Shown here: piece after piece, positions 54,979 through 64,000 of the stretch
Numbering within the stretch: position 1 is the first letter of the stretch
Layout of the letters: the number at the start of each line of letters is the position of its first letter
Assembly (NCBI GenBank): GCA_965207595.1
Contig: CBDBMW010000012.1
Location: 1,313,998 to 1,377,997 of the forward strand
Direction of reading: 5' to 3'
From: Vicinamibacterales bacterium
Lineage (GTDB): Bacteria > Acidobacteriota > Vicinamibacteria > Vicinamibacterales > UBA8438
DNA: 64,000 nucleotides
Notes under the pieces: model-generated
What the model saw: the letters and a program-made list of their open reading frames with translations, nothing else
The model's database searches: none
Told to the model about the DNA's origin: nothing
Made by a program: the position numbers and the translations under genes

Positions 54979-57318
54979 ATGCGCTCCCTTCTCGACGACC
55001 TCAACCCCGAGCAGCGCGCCGCCGCCGCCCACGTCGACGGGCCGCTGCTCATCCTGGCCGGCGCCGGCTCGGGCAAGACGCGCGTCATCTGCCACCGGCT
55101 GGCGCACCTGATCAGCGAGGGTCACGCCGCCCCGCACCAGGTCCTGGCCGTCACCTTCACCAACAAGGCGGCGGGCGAGATGCGCAGCCGCGTCGAGGCC
55201 CTTGTCGGTGGGGGTGAAGCCGGTGGGGGCGACCCCCGCGCCGCCGGCGTCCTGCGGCGCATCTGGATGCAGACGTTCCACGCCCTGTGCGCGCGCCTGC
55301 TGCGCCGCGAGGGGCAGCGGGTGGGGCTGACGCGCGACTTCGTGATCTACGACACGGACGACCAGGTGCGGGTGGTGCGCGACGTGATGCGCGAGCTGGG
55401 CATCGACGACAAGGTGACGCGCCCCCGCAACGTGCTCGGGCGCATCAGCGACGCCAAGAACCGCATGGAGAGCGCCGCGGCGTTGCGGCAGGCGGCGCTC
55501 GGCCACGGGGAGGAGCAGCTCGCGCGCGTCTACGAGCGCTACGAGGAGGTGCTCGCGCGCAGCGGGGCGGTCGACTTCGACGACCTGCTGCTGAAGACGG
55601 TGGAGCTCTTCGACACGGTGGCCGACGTCTGCCGGCGCTACAGCGAGCGGTTCCGCTTCGTGATGGTCGACGAGTACCAGGACACCAACCGCCCGCAGTA
55701 CCGGCTGGTGCGCCACCTCGCCTCCACCCACCGCAACGTCTGCGTGGTCGGCGACCCCGACCAGTCCATCTACCAGTGGCGCGGCGCGGACCTGCGCAAC
55801 ATCCTCGACTTCGAGGCGGACTTCCCCGACGCGAAGGTCGTGCGCCTGGAGCGCAACTACCGCTCGACCCAGGTCATCCTGGACGCCGCCCACGGTGTCA
55901 TCCGCCGCAACACCGAGCGGAAGGAGAAGCGGCTCTGGACCGACCGCGAGGGCGGCGACCGCATCGTCTGCCACCGCGCGGCCGACGAGCTGGCCGAGGC
56001 CGACTTCATCGTCCGGCGGCTGCTGGCCGGCCTCGCCGCCGGCGACGAGCCGCTCGCGGTGCTCTACCGCACCAACGCGCAGTCGCGGCCGATCGAGAGC
56101 GCGCTGGCCCGGGAGGGCGTGCCCTACCGCATCGTCGGCGGCGTCCGCTTCTACGAGCGCCGCGAGGTCAAGGACGCGCTGGCCTACCTGAAGCTGCTCC
56201 TCAACCCGGACGACGACGTCAGCCTGCGGCGGGTGATCAACGTCCCCGCCCGCGGCATCGGCCGCAAGGTGATGGAGGGTCTGGCAGGCCTGGCCGGCCC
56301 GGGGGGCGACCCCGGGGGCGGCGCGGCGCGGTCCGCCGGACCGCTGCTCGAGGGGATGGACGAGCCGGCCGCGCCGGCTTCGCTCTGGGCGTCGGTCGTG
56401 CGGGCGACGGACGGCGCGCTCCTGCCGCCGCGCGCGGTCACCGTGCTGCGCCGGTTCCGGGAGATGCTGGAACCGCTGCGCGATGCGGCGCGGTCGGAGA
56501 GCGCCTCGGAGGTGCTCAAGCAGGTGCTCGTCGAGTCCGGCTACCTGCAGGCGCTGCGCGACGAGGGCAGCTCCGAGGCGCGCGACCGGATGGAGAACCT
56601 GGACGCGCTGGTGGCGGCGGCCGTCGACTACGAGGTCCGCGGCGAGGGGGACGACGACGACCGGACCGGCCTCGGCGGCTTCGTCGACCAGCAGTCGCTG
56701 CTCTCGGAGGCGGACGAGGAGGCGGGGGCGGAGGATGCGCGGGTCTGGCTGATGACGCTCCACGCCGCGAAGGGCCTGGAGTTCCCGCTGGTCGTGATGG
56801 CCGGGATGGAGGACGGCCTCTTCCCCCACTCCCGCTCCGAGGACGATGCCCGCGCCCTCGAGGAGGAGCGGCGGCTCTGCTACGTCGGGATGACGCGCGC
56901 CGAGTCGCGCCTCGTGCTCACCAGCGCCCGCCGGCGCCTCGTCTTCGGCGAGTACCAGAGCACGGAGCCGTCGCGCTTCCTGTTCGAGATCCCGCCCGAC
57001 GCGGTCCAGGTGATCGAGCCGGACGAGCCTCCCGCGCCGTGGCGCTCCGCGCGCGGGGACGGGGAGGGCTGGCGCCCGAACCGCCGGCGGCGGCGGCGGG
57101 AGGACGCGCGGGAGCCCCAGACCGTCTTCGACCCGGCCGACGAGGACCAGTCCGAGGTGGGCATCTCGCGCGGCGCGCGGGTGCGCCACCCTATGTTCGG
57201 CCAGGGGACCGTGGCCGTCGTGGAGGCCCTGCCGCGCGGCGTGAAGCTGACCGTCCGCTTCGACGCGGTGGGGCGCAAGACGCTCATCGCGCCCCCCGCG
57301 AGGCTCGAGCGGATCTGA
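54979..57318 (+). CDS. pcrA: UvrD/PcrA DNA helicase
   Basis: AGAGSGKT, DEYQDTN, GDPDQSIY, NYRST, TLHAAKGLEF, EERRLCYVGMTRA, C-terminal VRHPMFG. Confidence 0.95.
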   Translation: MRSLLDDLNPEQRAAAAHVDGPLLILAGAGSGKTRVICHRLAHLISEGHAAPHQVLAVTFTNKAAGEMRSRVEALVGGGEAGGGDPRAAGVLRRIWMQTFHALCARLLRREGQRVGLTRDFVIYDTDDQVRVVRDVMRELGIDDKVTRPRNVLGRISDAKNRMESAAALRQAALGHGEEQLARVYERYEEVLARSGAVDFDDLLLKTVELFDTVADVCRRYSERFRFVMVDEYQDTNRPQYRLVRHLASTHRNVCVVGDPDQSIYQWRGADLRNILDFEADFPDAKVVRLERNYRSTQVILDAAHGVIRRNTERKEKRLWTDREGGDRIVCHRAADELAEADFIVRRLLAGLAAGDEPLAVLYRTNAQSRPIESALAREGVPYRIVGGVRFYERREVKDALAYLKLLLNPDDDVSLRRVINVPARGIGRKVMEGLAGLAGPGGDPGGGAARSAGPLLEGMDEPAAPASLWASVVRATDGALLPPRAVTVLRRFREMLEPLRDAARSESASEVLKQVLVESGYLQALRDEGSSEARDRMENLDALVAAAVDYEVRGEGDDDDRTGLGGFVDQQSLLSEADEEAGAEDARVWLMTLHAAKGLEFPLVVMAGMEDGLFPHSRSEDDARALEEERRLCYVGMTRAESRLVLTSARRRLVFGEYQSTEPSRFLFEIPPDAVQVIEPDEPPAPWRSARGDGEGWRPNRRRRRREDAREPQTVFDPADEDQSEVGISRGARVRHPMFGQGTVAVVEALPRGVKLTVRFDAVGRKTLIAPPARLERI

Positions 57319-57376
57319 GCGCCGGGCGGGCCGAAGCGGCCCGTCGGCGCCCGGCCCGTGCAGTAGAATCGGGCGC

Positions 57377-57859
57377 GTGCAACGCCTCGCCGTCTTCGCG
57401 ATTCTGCTCGGGTTCTGGATCGTCTGCTCCGGGTACTTCGACGCCCTGCACCTGGGCTTCGGCGTCCTCTGCGCCGCGCTCGTCGCCGCCTGGTCCGCCG
57501 ACCTCCTCTTCCCCCTCGGGCCGTCGCCCGGCGGGTGGGTGACGGCCTGGCGGGGACTGGTCTACCTGCCCTGGCTGCTGTACGAGATCGTGCTCGCCAA
57601 CCTCCACGTCGTCCACCTGGTCCTCAATCCGCGGGAGATGCGGCCGCAGATCGTGCGCTTCCGGCCGAATCTGCGAAACGACCTGGCGCTGGTGCTGCTG
57701 GCCAACTCGATCACCCTGACCCCGGGCACGGTGACGATGGACATCGAGGACGGCGAGTTCTGGGTCCACGCGGTGAGCGACAAGGTCGCGCGGGACCTCC
57801 GCGCGGGCGACATGGAGCGCCGCATCGCCCACATCTTCCTGGAAGGGGAGAACGGCTGA
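57377..57859 (+). CDS. mrpE: Mrp-like antiporter subunit E
   Basis: LLANSITLTPGTVT...VHA. Confidence 0.9.
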   Translation: MQRLAVFAILLGFWIVCSGYFDALHLGFGVLCAALVAAWSADLLFPLGPSPGGWVTAWRGLVYLPWLLYEIVLANLHVVHLVLNPREMRPQIVRFRPNLRNDLALVLLANSITLTPGTVTMDIEDGEFWVHAVSDKVARDLRAGDMERRIAHIFLEGENG

Positions 57860-58143
57860 TGCCGGCCTTCTTCGTCGGCGCGACGCTGGTCGTCCTGGCC
57901 GCCGTCGTCCCCTGCCTCTACCGCATCCTGCGCGGCCCCACGATCATCGACCGCATCATCGGCGTGAACGTGGTGGGGACCAAGACCATCGCGGTCATCG
58001 TGCTCGTCGGCTGCATCTTCGACCGCGTCGAGTACTTCATCGACATCGCCATCGTCTACGCGCTCATCAGCTTCGTCGGCACGCTCGCCGTCTCGAAGTA
58101 CTTCGAGCGCAAGGCGGTGCTGCAGCGCGAGGCGACGCGGTGA
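57859..58143 (+). CDS. mrpF: Mrp-like subunit F
   Basis: RILRGPTIIDRII...DIAIVYALISFVGT. Confidence 0.9.
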   Translation: MPAFFVGATLVVLAAVVPCLYRILRGPTIIDRIIGVNVVGTKTIAVIVLVGCIFDRVEYFIDIAIVYALISFVGTLAVSKYFERKAVLQREATR

Positions 58144-58439
58144 CGGCGCTCGCCGTCGCGTTCGTCTCCGCGGGCGTGTTCTTCCTGGTAGCGGGAGCGG
58201 CCGGCCTGATTCGCTTCCCGGACTTCTACACGCGGATGCACGCCAGCGGGAAGTGCGACACGCTGGGGGTGCTGCTGGTGCTGGTCGGGATCGCCTGCCA
58301 CGTGGGCGCGAGCCTCACCAGCGCGAAGATCCTGCTCATCGCGGCATTCATCTTCGTGGCCAGCCCCACCGCCACGCACGCCATCGCCCGCTCCGCCCTG
58401 CGGCACCAGCACGCGCTCTGGCCCGAGGAAGAGCAGTAG
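58140..58439 (+). CDS. mrpG: Mrp-like subunit G
   Basis: RFPDFYTRMHASGKCDTLG, PTATHAIAR. Confidence 0.9.
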   Translation: MTALAVAFVSAGVFFLVAGAAGLIRFPDFYTRMHASGKCDTLGVLLVLVGIACHVGASLTSAKILLIAAFIFVASPTATHAIARSALRHQHALWPEEEQ

Positions 58440-58443
58440 CGCC

Positions 58444-58974
58444 ATGGTCTGGCAACTCGACGTCGTGCTCCTCGCGTTCGCCGTGACGTGCGCCGCCGGC
58501 GCCGTCGCGGCGCGCGACCTGCTCGCCTCGGTGATCCTGCTCGGCGCGTTCGGGCTGTTCATGTGCCTGCTGTGGGTCGAGATGGGCGCAGTGGACGTCG
58601 CCTTCACGGAGGCGGCGGTCGGCGCCGGCATCACGACGGTCTTCTTCGTCGTCACCGTGTTCAAGACCGGACGGACCGGCCGCAAGAGGCTGCGGGTGCT
58701 GCCGCTCGCGGCGACCGTCCTGACGGGGCTCCTGCTGTACGCCGGCTCGCTCGACATGCCGCCCACCGGCGATCCCGAGTCGCCGCCGAGCGTCCGCGTC
58801 TCGCCCCGCTACATCGAGCGCGGCTACGCGGAGACGAACGTCCCCAACATGGTCACCGCCGTGCTGGCCGACTACCGCAGCTTCGATACGCTCGGCGAGG
58901 TGACGGTGATCTTCACGGCCACGATGGCGGTGATGGTGATCCTGCGCCGGAACGACGACGGGAGGCCCACGTGA
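58444..58974 (+). CDS. DUF4040/MrpB-associated subunit (MrpA C-terminal-like)
   Basis: AVDVAFTEAAVGAG, PNMVTAVLADYRSFDTLGE. Confidence 0.88.
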   Translation: MVWQLDVVLLAFAVTCAAGAVAARDLLASVILLGAFGLFMCLLWVEMGAVDVAFTEAAVGAGITTVFFVVTVFKTGRTGRKRLRVLPLAATVLTGLLLYAGSLDMPPTGDPESPPSVRVSPRYIERGYAETNVPNMVTAVLADYRSFDTLGEVTVIFTATMAVMVILRRNDDGRPT

Positions 58975-59387
58975 TCACCCGGCAGGAGAGCGTCATCGTC
59001 CGCACGACGTGCCGGCTGCTGGCCCCCTTCATCCAGGTGTTCGGCCTCTACGTCATCGTGCACGGGCACAGCAGCCCCGGCGGAGGCTTCCAGGGCGGCG
59101 TCATCCTGGCGTCGAGCTTCGTGCTGCTGGCCATCGGGTTCGGACCGGGCGAGGTCCGGCGGCGCATCCCGCGGCCGGCCCTCCTCGCCTGCACCTGCGC
59201 CGGCGTGCTGCTGTACGCCGGGATCGGCGTGGCGTGCGTGCTGCTCGGGGCCAACTTCCTCGACTACGGCGCGCTGCCGCTCCCGGACGCGCGCAGCCTG
59301 GGGATGCTGGGCATCGAGATCGGCGTCGGCATCACCGTCGCGGCGGCGATGGTGTCGATCTTCCACGACCTCATCACGTTCGAGTAG
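58971..59387 (+). CDS. mrpB: Mrp-like subunit B
   Basis: HGHSSPGGGFQGG, EIGVG. Confidence 0.9.
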   Translation: MITRQESVIVRTTCRLLAPFIQVFGLYVIVHGHSSPGGGFQGGVILASSFVLLAIGFGPGEVRRRIPRPALLACTCAGVLLYAGIGVACVLLGANFLDYGALPLPDARSLGMLGIEIGVGITVAAAMVSIFHDLITFE

Positions 59388-59391
59388 CGCG

Positions 59392-59799
59392 ATGACCGAG
59401 CTCGAGCTGCTGACCGGCCGCGTCAACGTCATCGCCTGCATCGTGCTGATGATGATCGGCTTCTACGCCCTGATCGGGAAGACGAACCTCGTCAAGAAGC
59501 TCATCGGCATGAACATCTTCCAGTGGGCGATCATCCTCTTCGTGGTGTCGCTGGCCGCGAAGCGCGACGCCACGATCCCGATCGTCCGCGATTCCGCCGC
59601 GGCCGGGCAGGCCGCCGCCGAGGTGGTGCTGCGCGCGGCGGACTACGACAACCCCCTGCCGCACGTGCTGATGCTCACCGCCATCGTGGTCGGGGTGGCC
59701 ACCACCGGCGTCGCGCTCGCGCTCCTCCTCCGCATCCACCGGCGCTACGGCACGCTCGACGACGAGGAACTGCGCGAACGCATGCGCTCCTCCGGATGA
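59392..59799 (+). CDS. mrpC: Mrp-like subunit C
   Basis: NLVKKLIG, NPLPHVLMLTAIVVG. Confidence 0.92.
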   Translation: MTELELLTGRVNVIACIVLMMIGFYALIGKTNLVKKLIGMNIFQWAIILFVVSLAAKRDATIPIVRDSAAAGQAAAEVVLRAADYDNPLPHVLMLTAIVVGVATTGVALALLLRIHRRYGTLDDEELRERMRSSG

Positions 59800-61559
59800 C
59801 CCTGCAGCAGTCCGCGCTCCCGATCCTCATCGTCGCCGCGCCGCTCGTCGCCTCGTTCCTGCTGCCGCTGGTCGGCTGGTGGCGGCGCAAGGCCGCGTAT
59901 CCGGTCTTTCTCGGCGCGCTGGCCCTCTCCGCCGGCGCATCGATCGCCGCCGCGCAGGCCGTGCTGGCGGAGGGCCCGCTGGCCTACCACCTCGGCGGCT
60001 GGGCCCCGCCGTGGGGGATCGCGTTCCGCATCGACCACCTCGCCGCGCTCCTGCTGGCCCTGCTGAGCGGCATGGGGCTCGCGGTCGGCGTCTACTCGAA
60101 GCGCAGCGTCCTCCGGGAGCTGCCGGAGCGCGAGGTGCCGTTCTACACCGTGTACCTGCTGCTGATGACCGGCGTGACGGGCATGGTGGCCACGGCGGAC
60201 ATGTTCAACCTGTACGTGTTCCTGGAGGTCGCGTCGCTCACGAGCTATGCGCTGGTCTCGATCGGCAGCGGGCGGGCGGTGGTCGCCGCGTTCCGCTACC
60301 TCGTGCTCGGGACCGTCGGCGCCGCCTTCTACCTGCTGGCGGTCGGCTACCTCTACAGCGTCGCCGGCACGCTCAACATGGCGGACCTGGCGGAGGTGCT
60401 GCCCGCGCTGTACGAGTCGAACGCGGTGCGGGTCGGCTTCGCCTTCTTCGTCGTCGGCATGGCGATCAAGATGGCGCTGTTCCCCGTGCACGCGTGGCTG
60501 CCCGCCGCGTACGCCCACGCGCCGTCGGTGGTGAGCGCGATCGTCGCCGCGACGACGACGAAGGTGGCGGCCTACGCGCTCATCCGCGTGACCTTCTTCG
60601 TGTTCGAGCCGCGCTTCGCCGTCGAGCTCTTCCCGGTGACGGCGCTGCTGGGGGTGGCGGGCGCGGTGGCCATGGTGCTGGGGTCGGTGCTGGCCATCGC
60701 GCAGACGGACCTCAAGCGCATGCTGGCCTACTCGTCGGTGGCGCAGGTGGGCTACATCGTGCTCGGGGTCGGCATGGCCAACGCCACCGCCCTGACCGGC
60801 AGCGTGCTGCATCTCGTCAACCACTCGGTCATGAAGGGCTGCCTCTTCCTGGCCGCGGGGGCCATCCTGCACCGCACCGGTTGCCGCGAGATCGTTCAGC
60901 TTCGCCACCTCTCGCGGCGCATGCCGTGGACGGCGGCCCTCTTCAGCGTGGCCGCCTTCTCGATGATCGGCCTGCCGCCGTTCGGCGGGTTCTTCAGCAA
61001 GATGTACCTGATCCTCGGCGCCATCGAAGGCGAGCACTGGGTCTTCCTGGCCCTGATCCTGCTGAGCAGCGTCCTCGCGCTCGCCTACTTCGCCAACGTG
61101 CTGCGCTACCTGTACGTCCCGGGCGAGGCAGCGGTGGCGGCAGGACCGCCCGGGCACCCGCCGGCAGCCCCGACCGCCGCGGATGGGCTGGGTGGCGAGA
61201 CGGGCGAGCGCCGCGACCGGAGCGGCGATCGGGGGAGCGAGACGGGCGAGCGGAAGGACCAGGCCGGCCAGCGCGGAGACCAGGCCGGCCAAGAGGGCGA
61301 GGCCCGCGAGCGCGAGGGCCGAGCCGGCGAGGAGGTCGAGGCCGGCCAGCGCGGAGACCTGACCGGCGAGCGCGGCGACCTGACCGGCGAGGAGAACGGG
61401 GAGCCCGGCGAGCGCGTGGGCCGGGCCGGCGAGGCGCCGCTTCCGATGCTGGCGCCGATGCTCGCGCTGGCCGTCGCGATCCTGCTGCTGGGCCTGCTCA
61501 ATGGCCCGATCGTCTCCGGGTTCCTCGAGCCGGTTCTGCCGGAGGGGCTGCCCCGATGA
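59796..61559 (+). CDS. mrpD: Mrp-like subunit D with a charged repeat insertion near the C-terminus
   Basis: DMFNLYVFLEV, HAWLPAAYAHAP, KRMLAYSSV, GLPPFGGFFSK. Confidence 0.92.
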   Translation: MTLQQSALPILIVAAPLVASFLLPLVGWWRRKAAYPVFLGALALSAGASIAAAQAVLAEGPLAYHLGGWAPPWGIAFRIDHLAALLLALLSGMGLAVGVYSKRSVLRELPEREVPFYTVYLLLMTGVTGMVATADMFNLYVFLEVASLTSYALVSIGSGRAVVAAFRYLVLGTVGAAFYLLAVGYLYSVAGTLNMADLAEVLPALYESNAVRVGFAFFVVGMAIKMALFPVHAWLPAAYAHAPSVVSAIVAATTTKVAAYALIRVTFFVFEPRFAVELFPVTALLGVAGAVAMVLGSVLAIAQTDLKRMLAYSSVAQVGYIVLGVGMANATALTGSVLHLVNHSVMKGCLFLAAGAILHRTGCREIVQLRHLSRRMPWTAALFSVAAFSMIGLPPFGGFFSKMYLILGAIEGEHWVFLALILLSSVLALAYFANVLRYLYVPGEAAVAAGPPGHPPAAPTAADGLGGETGERRDRSGDRGSETGERKDQAGQRGDQAGQEGEAREREGRAGEEVEAGQRGDLTGERGDLTGEENGEPGERVGRAGEAPLPMLAPMLALAVAILLLGLLNGPIVSGFLEPVLPEGLPR

Positions 61560-63658
61560 GCGGCACGCTGGCCGTCGCGGCGTGGGTCGCCATCGGCGCG
61601 CCGTTCGCCGGCGCCGCGCTCACGCCGCTGGTCGCGCGGGTGCACGACCGGGCAGGCGACGCGTTGGCGATTGCCGCCTCGTTCGTCGCCGCCGCGGCCG
61701 CGCTGCGCCTGGCGCCAGCGCTCCTCGCGCCGGAGGTGCTGCCGATCGAGAGCACGGTGTCGTGGCTGACGGTGCCGGTGGCGATCGACCTCGGCGTCCT
61801 GGTCGACCCGCTCGCCATCGTGCTGGCGAACGTCGTGGCGGTGGTCGGCTTCGTCATCATGGTCTACTGCCGCGGCTACATGCAGGACGACGCGTCGCGC
61901 ACGCGCTTCTGGATGTGGATGAACGCGTTCATCGGCAGCATGCTGCTGCTCGTCCTGGCGAGCAACCTGCTGCTGCTCTTCGTCGGCTGGAAGCTGGTCG
62001 GCGTCTGCAGCTACGGCCTGATCGGCTACTACTACCGCGACCAGCGCCGCTACTGGATCGGGGGGCCGCCGCCGACCGCCTGGGTCACCCCGTCCGAGGC
62101 GGCGCTCAAGGCCCTGCTCGTCACCGGGGCCGGCGACCTCCTGATGCTCGGCGGCATCTTCCTGCTCTACGGCTACGCGGGGACGCTGAGCTTCGTGGCG
62201 CTCTACGAGACGGCGCCGGTCTGGCTCGCGGCCATGGCGGAGACGCCGGGCATGGTGGTCCTGGTGAGCCTGCTGCTCCTGGCCGGACCGCTCGGCAAGT
62301 CGGCCCAGTTCCCGTTCCACGAGTGGCTGCCCGAGGCGATGACCGGACCGGGCCCGGTATCGGCGCTCATCCATGCCGCGACGATGGTGAAGAGCGGCGT
62401 CTACCTGGTGGCGCGCCTCGTGCCGCTCTTCCACTACGGCTGGTGGGTGGCCGGGATCGGCGACGCGGCCTGGTTCTTCCACGTGGCGGCGTGGCTGGGG
62501 GCCGCCACCGCCCTGCTCGCGGCCACGCAGGCGCTGGTGGCCGTGGAGCTCAAGAAGGTGCTCGCCTATTCGACGGTGAGCCAGATCGGCTACATGATGC
62601 TGGCCCTGGGCGCGGCGGGCCTCGTCCCCGGCCTCCTCGCCGACGGCTACACGGCCGCCGTCTTCCACCTGGTCAGCCACGCGCTGTTCAAGGCCTGCCT
62701 CTTCCTCGCGGCGGGCACCGTCATCCACGCCGTGCACTCGATCTACCTCACGGAGATGGGCGGGATGCGCCGCGCCCTGCCCCTCACCTGGGTCTGCACG
62801 CTGGCGGCCGGCTGGTCGCTCATGGGGCTGCCGCCCTCCCCCGGTTTCTGGAGCAAGGACGCCGTGCTGCTGGCGACCGCGGAGGCGAGCGCGCCGCTGT
62901 TCGTCGTGGGGCTCGTCACGGCCGGCCTGACGGCGTTCTACACCGTCCGCCTGGTGGGGCTCGTCTTCCACGGCCCGGCCGGCGGCGGCGCCCCCGGGCG
63001 CGCGGCAGGCGGGGGCCTCGGCGCCTCCGACGGGACGATCTCGATGCGCGCCGCCATCGCCGTGCTGGGGCTGGGCATCGTGGCGGCGGGGCTCGGCGGC
63101 ACGCGGCTCGAGGAGGTGCTGCACCACGGGCTCGAGGCGGGGCTGCCCGCGAGCCTCTCCGCGACGCCCGCGGCGGCGGCGCCGGAGACGGCGGTGGCGG
63201 CGGTGACGGAGGCGGCTCCCTCCTCCGGCGCCGGCGGCGGCGCCGGTCATGGCCTCGTGCTCGTGCTCGCGCTCCTGGGCAGCGCGGCGGGGGCCCTTCC
63301 GGCCTGGAGGCTCTACGTGTCGCGCCGGGCCTCCCCCGAGGCTCTCCTCGCGGGGTCCGCCACGCTCAGGGCGCTCGACGGCTTCTTCCGGCGGCGCTGG
63401 GAGATCGACACGCTCTACCGGCGGATCTTCGTCGACGGCACGCGGCGGCTGGCGGCGCTCGTCGCGGCGTCCCTCGAGGCGCCGTGGGACCGCGCCGTGC
63501 ATCGCGGCCTGCCCTGGCTGGCGATGGAGAGGACGGCCCAGCTCGTCCACCGGCTCCAGGCCGACAGCGAGGACCTGACCCACAACGTCGCCTACGTGCT
63601 CGCCATCTTCGCCGCGCTGCTGGCCGTGCTGCTGCTGGCCGCGGGGGCGGGGGGCTGA
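61556..63658 (+). CDS. NuoL/MrpA-like proton-pumping subunit
   Basis: GKSAQFPFHEWLPEAMTGPGPVSALIHAATMVKSG, KKVLAYSTVSQ, HALFKA, GFWSKD. Confidence 0.9.
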   Translation: MSGTLAVAAWVAIGAPFAGAALTPLVARVHDRAGDALAIAASFVAAAAALRLAPALLAPEVLPIESTVSWLTVPVAIDLGVLVDPLAIVLANVVAVVGFVIMVYCRGYMQDDASRTRFWMWMNAFIGSMLLLVLASNLLLLFVGWKLVGVCSYGLIGYYYRDQRRYWIGGPPPTAWVTPSEAALKALLVTGAGDLLMLGGIFLLYGYAGTLSFVALYETAPVWLAAMAETPGMVVLVSLLLLAGPLGKSAQFPFHEWLPEAMTGPGPVSALIHAATMVKSGVYLVARLVPLFHYGWWVAGIGDAAWFFHVAAWLGAATALLAATQALVAVELKKVLAYSTVSQIGYMMLALGAAGLVPGLLADGYTAAVFHLVSHALFKACLFLAAGTVIHAVHSIYLTEMGGMRRALPLTWVCTLAAGWSLMGLPPSPGFWSKDAVLLATAEASAPLFVVGLVTAGLTAFYTVRLVGLVFHGPAGGGAPGRAAGGGLGASDGTISMRAAIAVLGLGIVAAGLGGTRLEEVLHHGLEAGLPASLSATPAAAAPETAVAAVTEAAPSSGAGGGAGHGLVLVLALLGSAAGALPAWRLYVSRRASPEALLAGSATLRALDGFFRRRWEIDTLYRRIFVDGTRRLAALVAASLEAPWDRAVHRGLPWLAMERTAQLVHRLQADSEDLTHNVAYVLAIFAALLAVLLLAAGAGG

Positions 63659-63659
63659 C

Positions 63660-64000
63660 ATGGAAGGCCTGCTGCTCCAGACGCTCCTCGTCCCGCTGGC
63701 CGGCGCCGGGCTCGTCTTCCTCGCTCGCGGGACGCGCGGCCGCCTGGCGGGCTGGATCGCCACCGGCGCGATGCTCTGGACGACGGCGGTGGTGGCGCGC
63801 GTGGGCGTCGCCGTCTACGGCGGCCGCGCGCCGCGCGAGTCGTACCTCGACATCGCCCCGGGCATCCGCCTCGGGCTGCTCGCGGACGGGCTCAGCTACC
63901 CGACGCTGGCCGTCGTCACCCTCCTGTGCGCGGCCCTGACCTGCTACTCGATCCGCTACGTCGAGCGCCGGGTGTCGGTGCTCTACGGAGCCGAGCCGGA
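63660..64000 (+). CDS. NuoM/MrpD-like membrane subunit, 3'-truncated by the window edge
   Basis: MEGLLLQTLLVPLAGAG...RLGLLADGLSYP..., frame open to the window end. Confidence 0.7.
   Translation, partial: MEGLLLQTLLVPLAGAGLVFLARGTRGRLAGWIATGAMLWTTAVVARVGVAVYGGRAPRESYLDIAPGIRLGLLADGLSYPTLAVVTLLCAALTCYSIRYVERRVSVLYGAEP

Noticed and set aside
54940-54990. attTn7 position downstream of glmS
   Set aside because: pcrA starts 15 bp after the glmS stop; no Tn7 ends or tns genes.

Overview
Very GC-rich bacterial window. The gene content (PadR with a 'PPRLATWLL...GDLHEE' partner, repeated DUF1592/DUF1552/ankyrin clusters, DUF222-HNH, Uma2, PQQ beta-propellers) suggests Acidobacteriota, Vicinamibacterales-like; this is inference. 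Layout: (1) 1-7.7 kb accessory segment with a hypothetical gene pair, PadR plus dienelactone hydrolase, a coiled-coil protein, a frameshifted DUF222-HNH, DUF429 and a frameshifted NYN nuclease. (2) 7.9-24.6 kb secreted heme/ankyrin cluster with two DUF1592 and two DUF1552 genes, a cytochrome c, a heme-motif cyclase-like protein and an ankyrin-PQQ-propeller fusion. (3) A minus-strand Mrp antiporter operon, SRPBCC, Phd/VapC and a PQQ dehydrogenase. (4) A ~12 kb integrative element (33880-45838) at the 3' end of tRNA-Ser(TGA), bounded by a 14-bp direct repeat. It carries a P4-type integrase, its own IHF-like gene, a TOPRIM-AAA primase-helicase with an iteron/hairpin origin candidate, AlpA, a three-way-junction structure, a decayed tRNA-like gene, an M4 peptidase plus beta-barrel cargo flanked by inverted paralogues, and a small-protein plus RxxxxH/TM gene pair that is the best candidate for an undescribed defence or toxin system. 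(5) Core genes serS, galU, FmdB-like, DUF885, rsmI, glmU, glmS and pcrA, then a second, differently organised Mrp-like operon running off the window. Several single-base frameshifts may be assembly indels. All family calls come from motif recognition by eye; no database searches were run.
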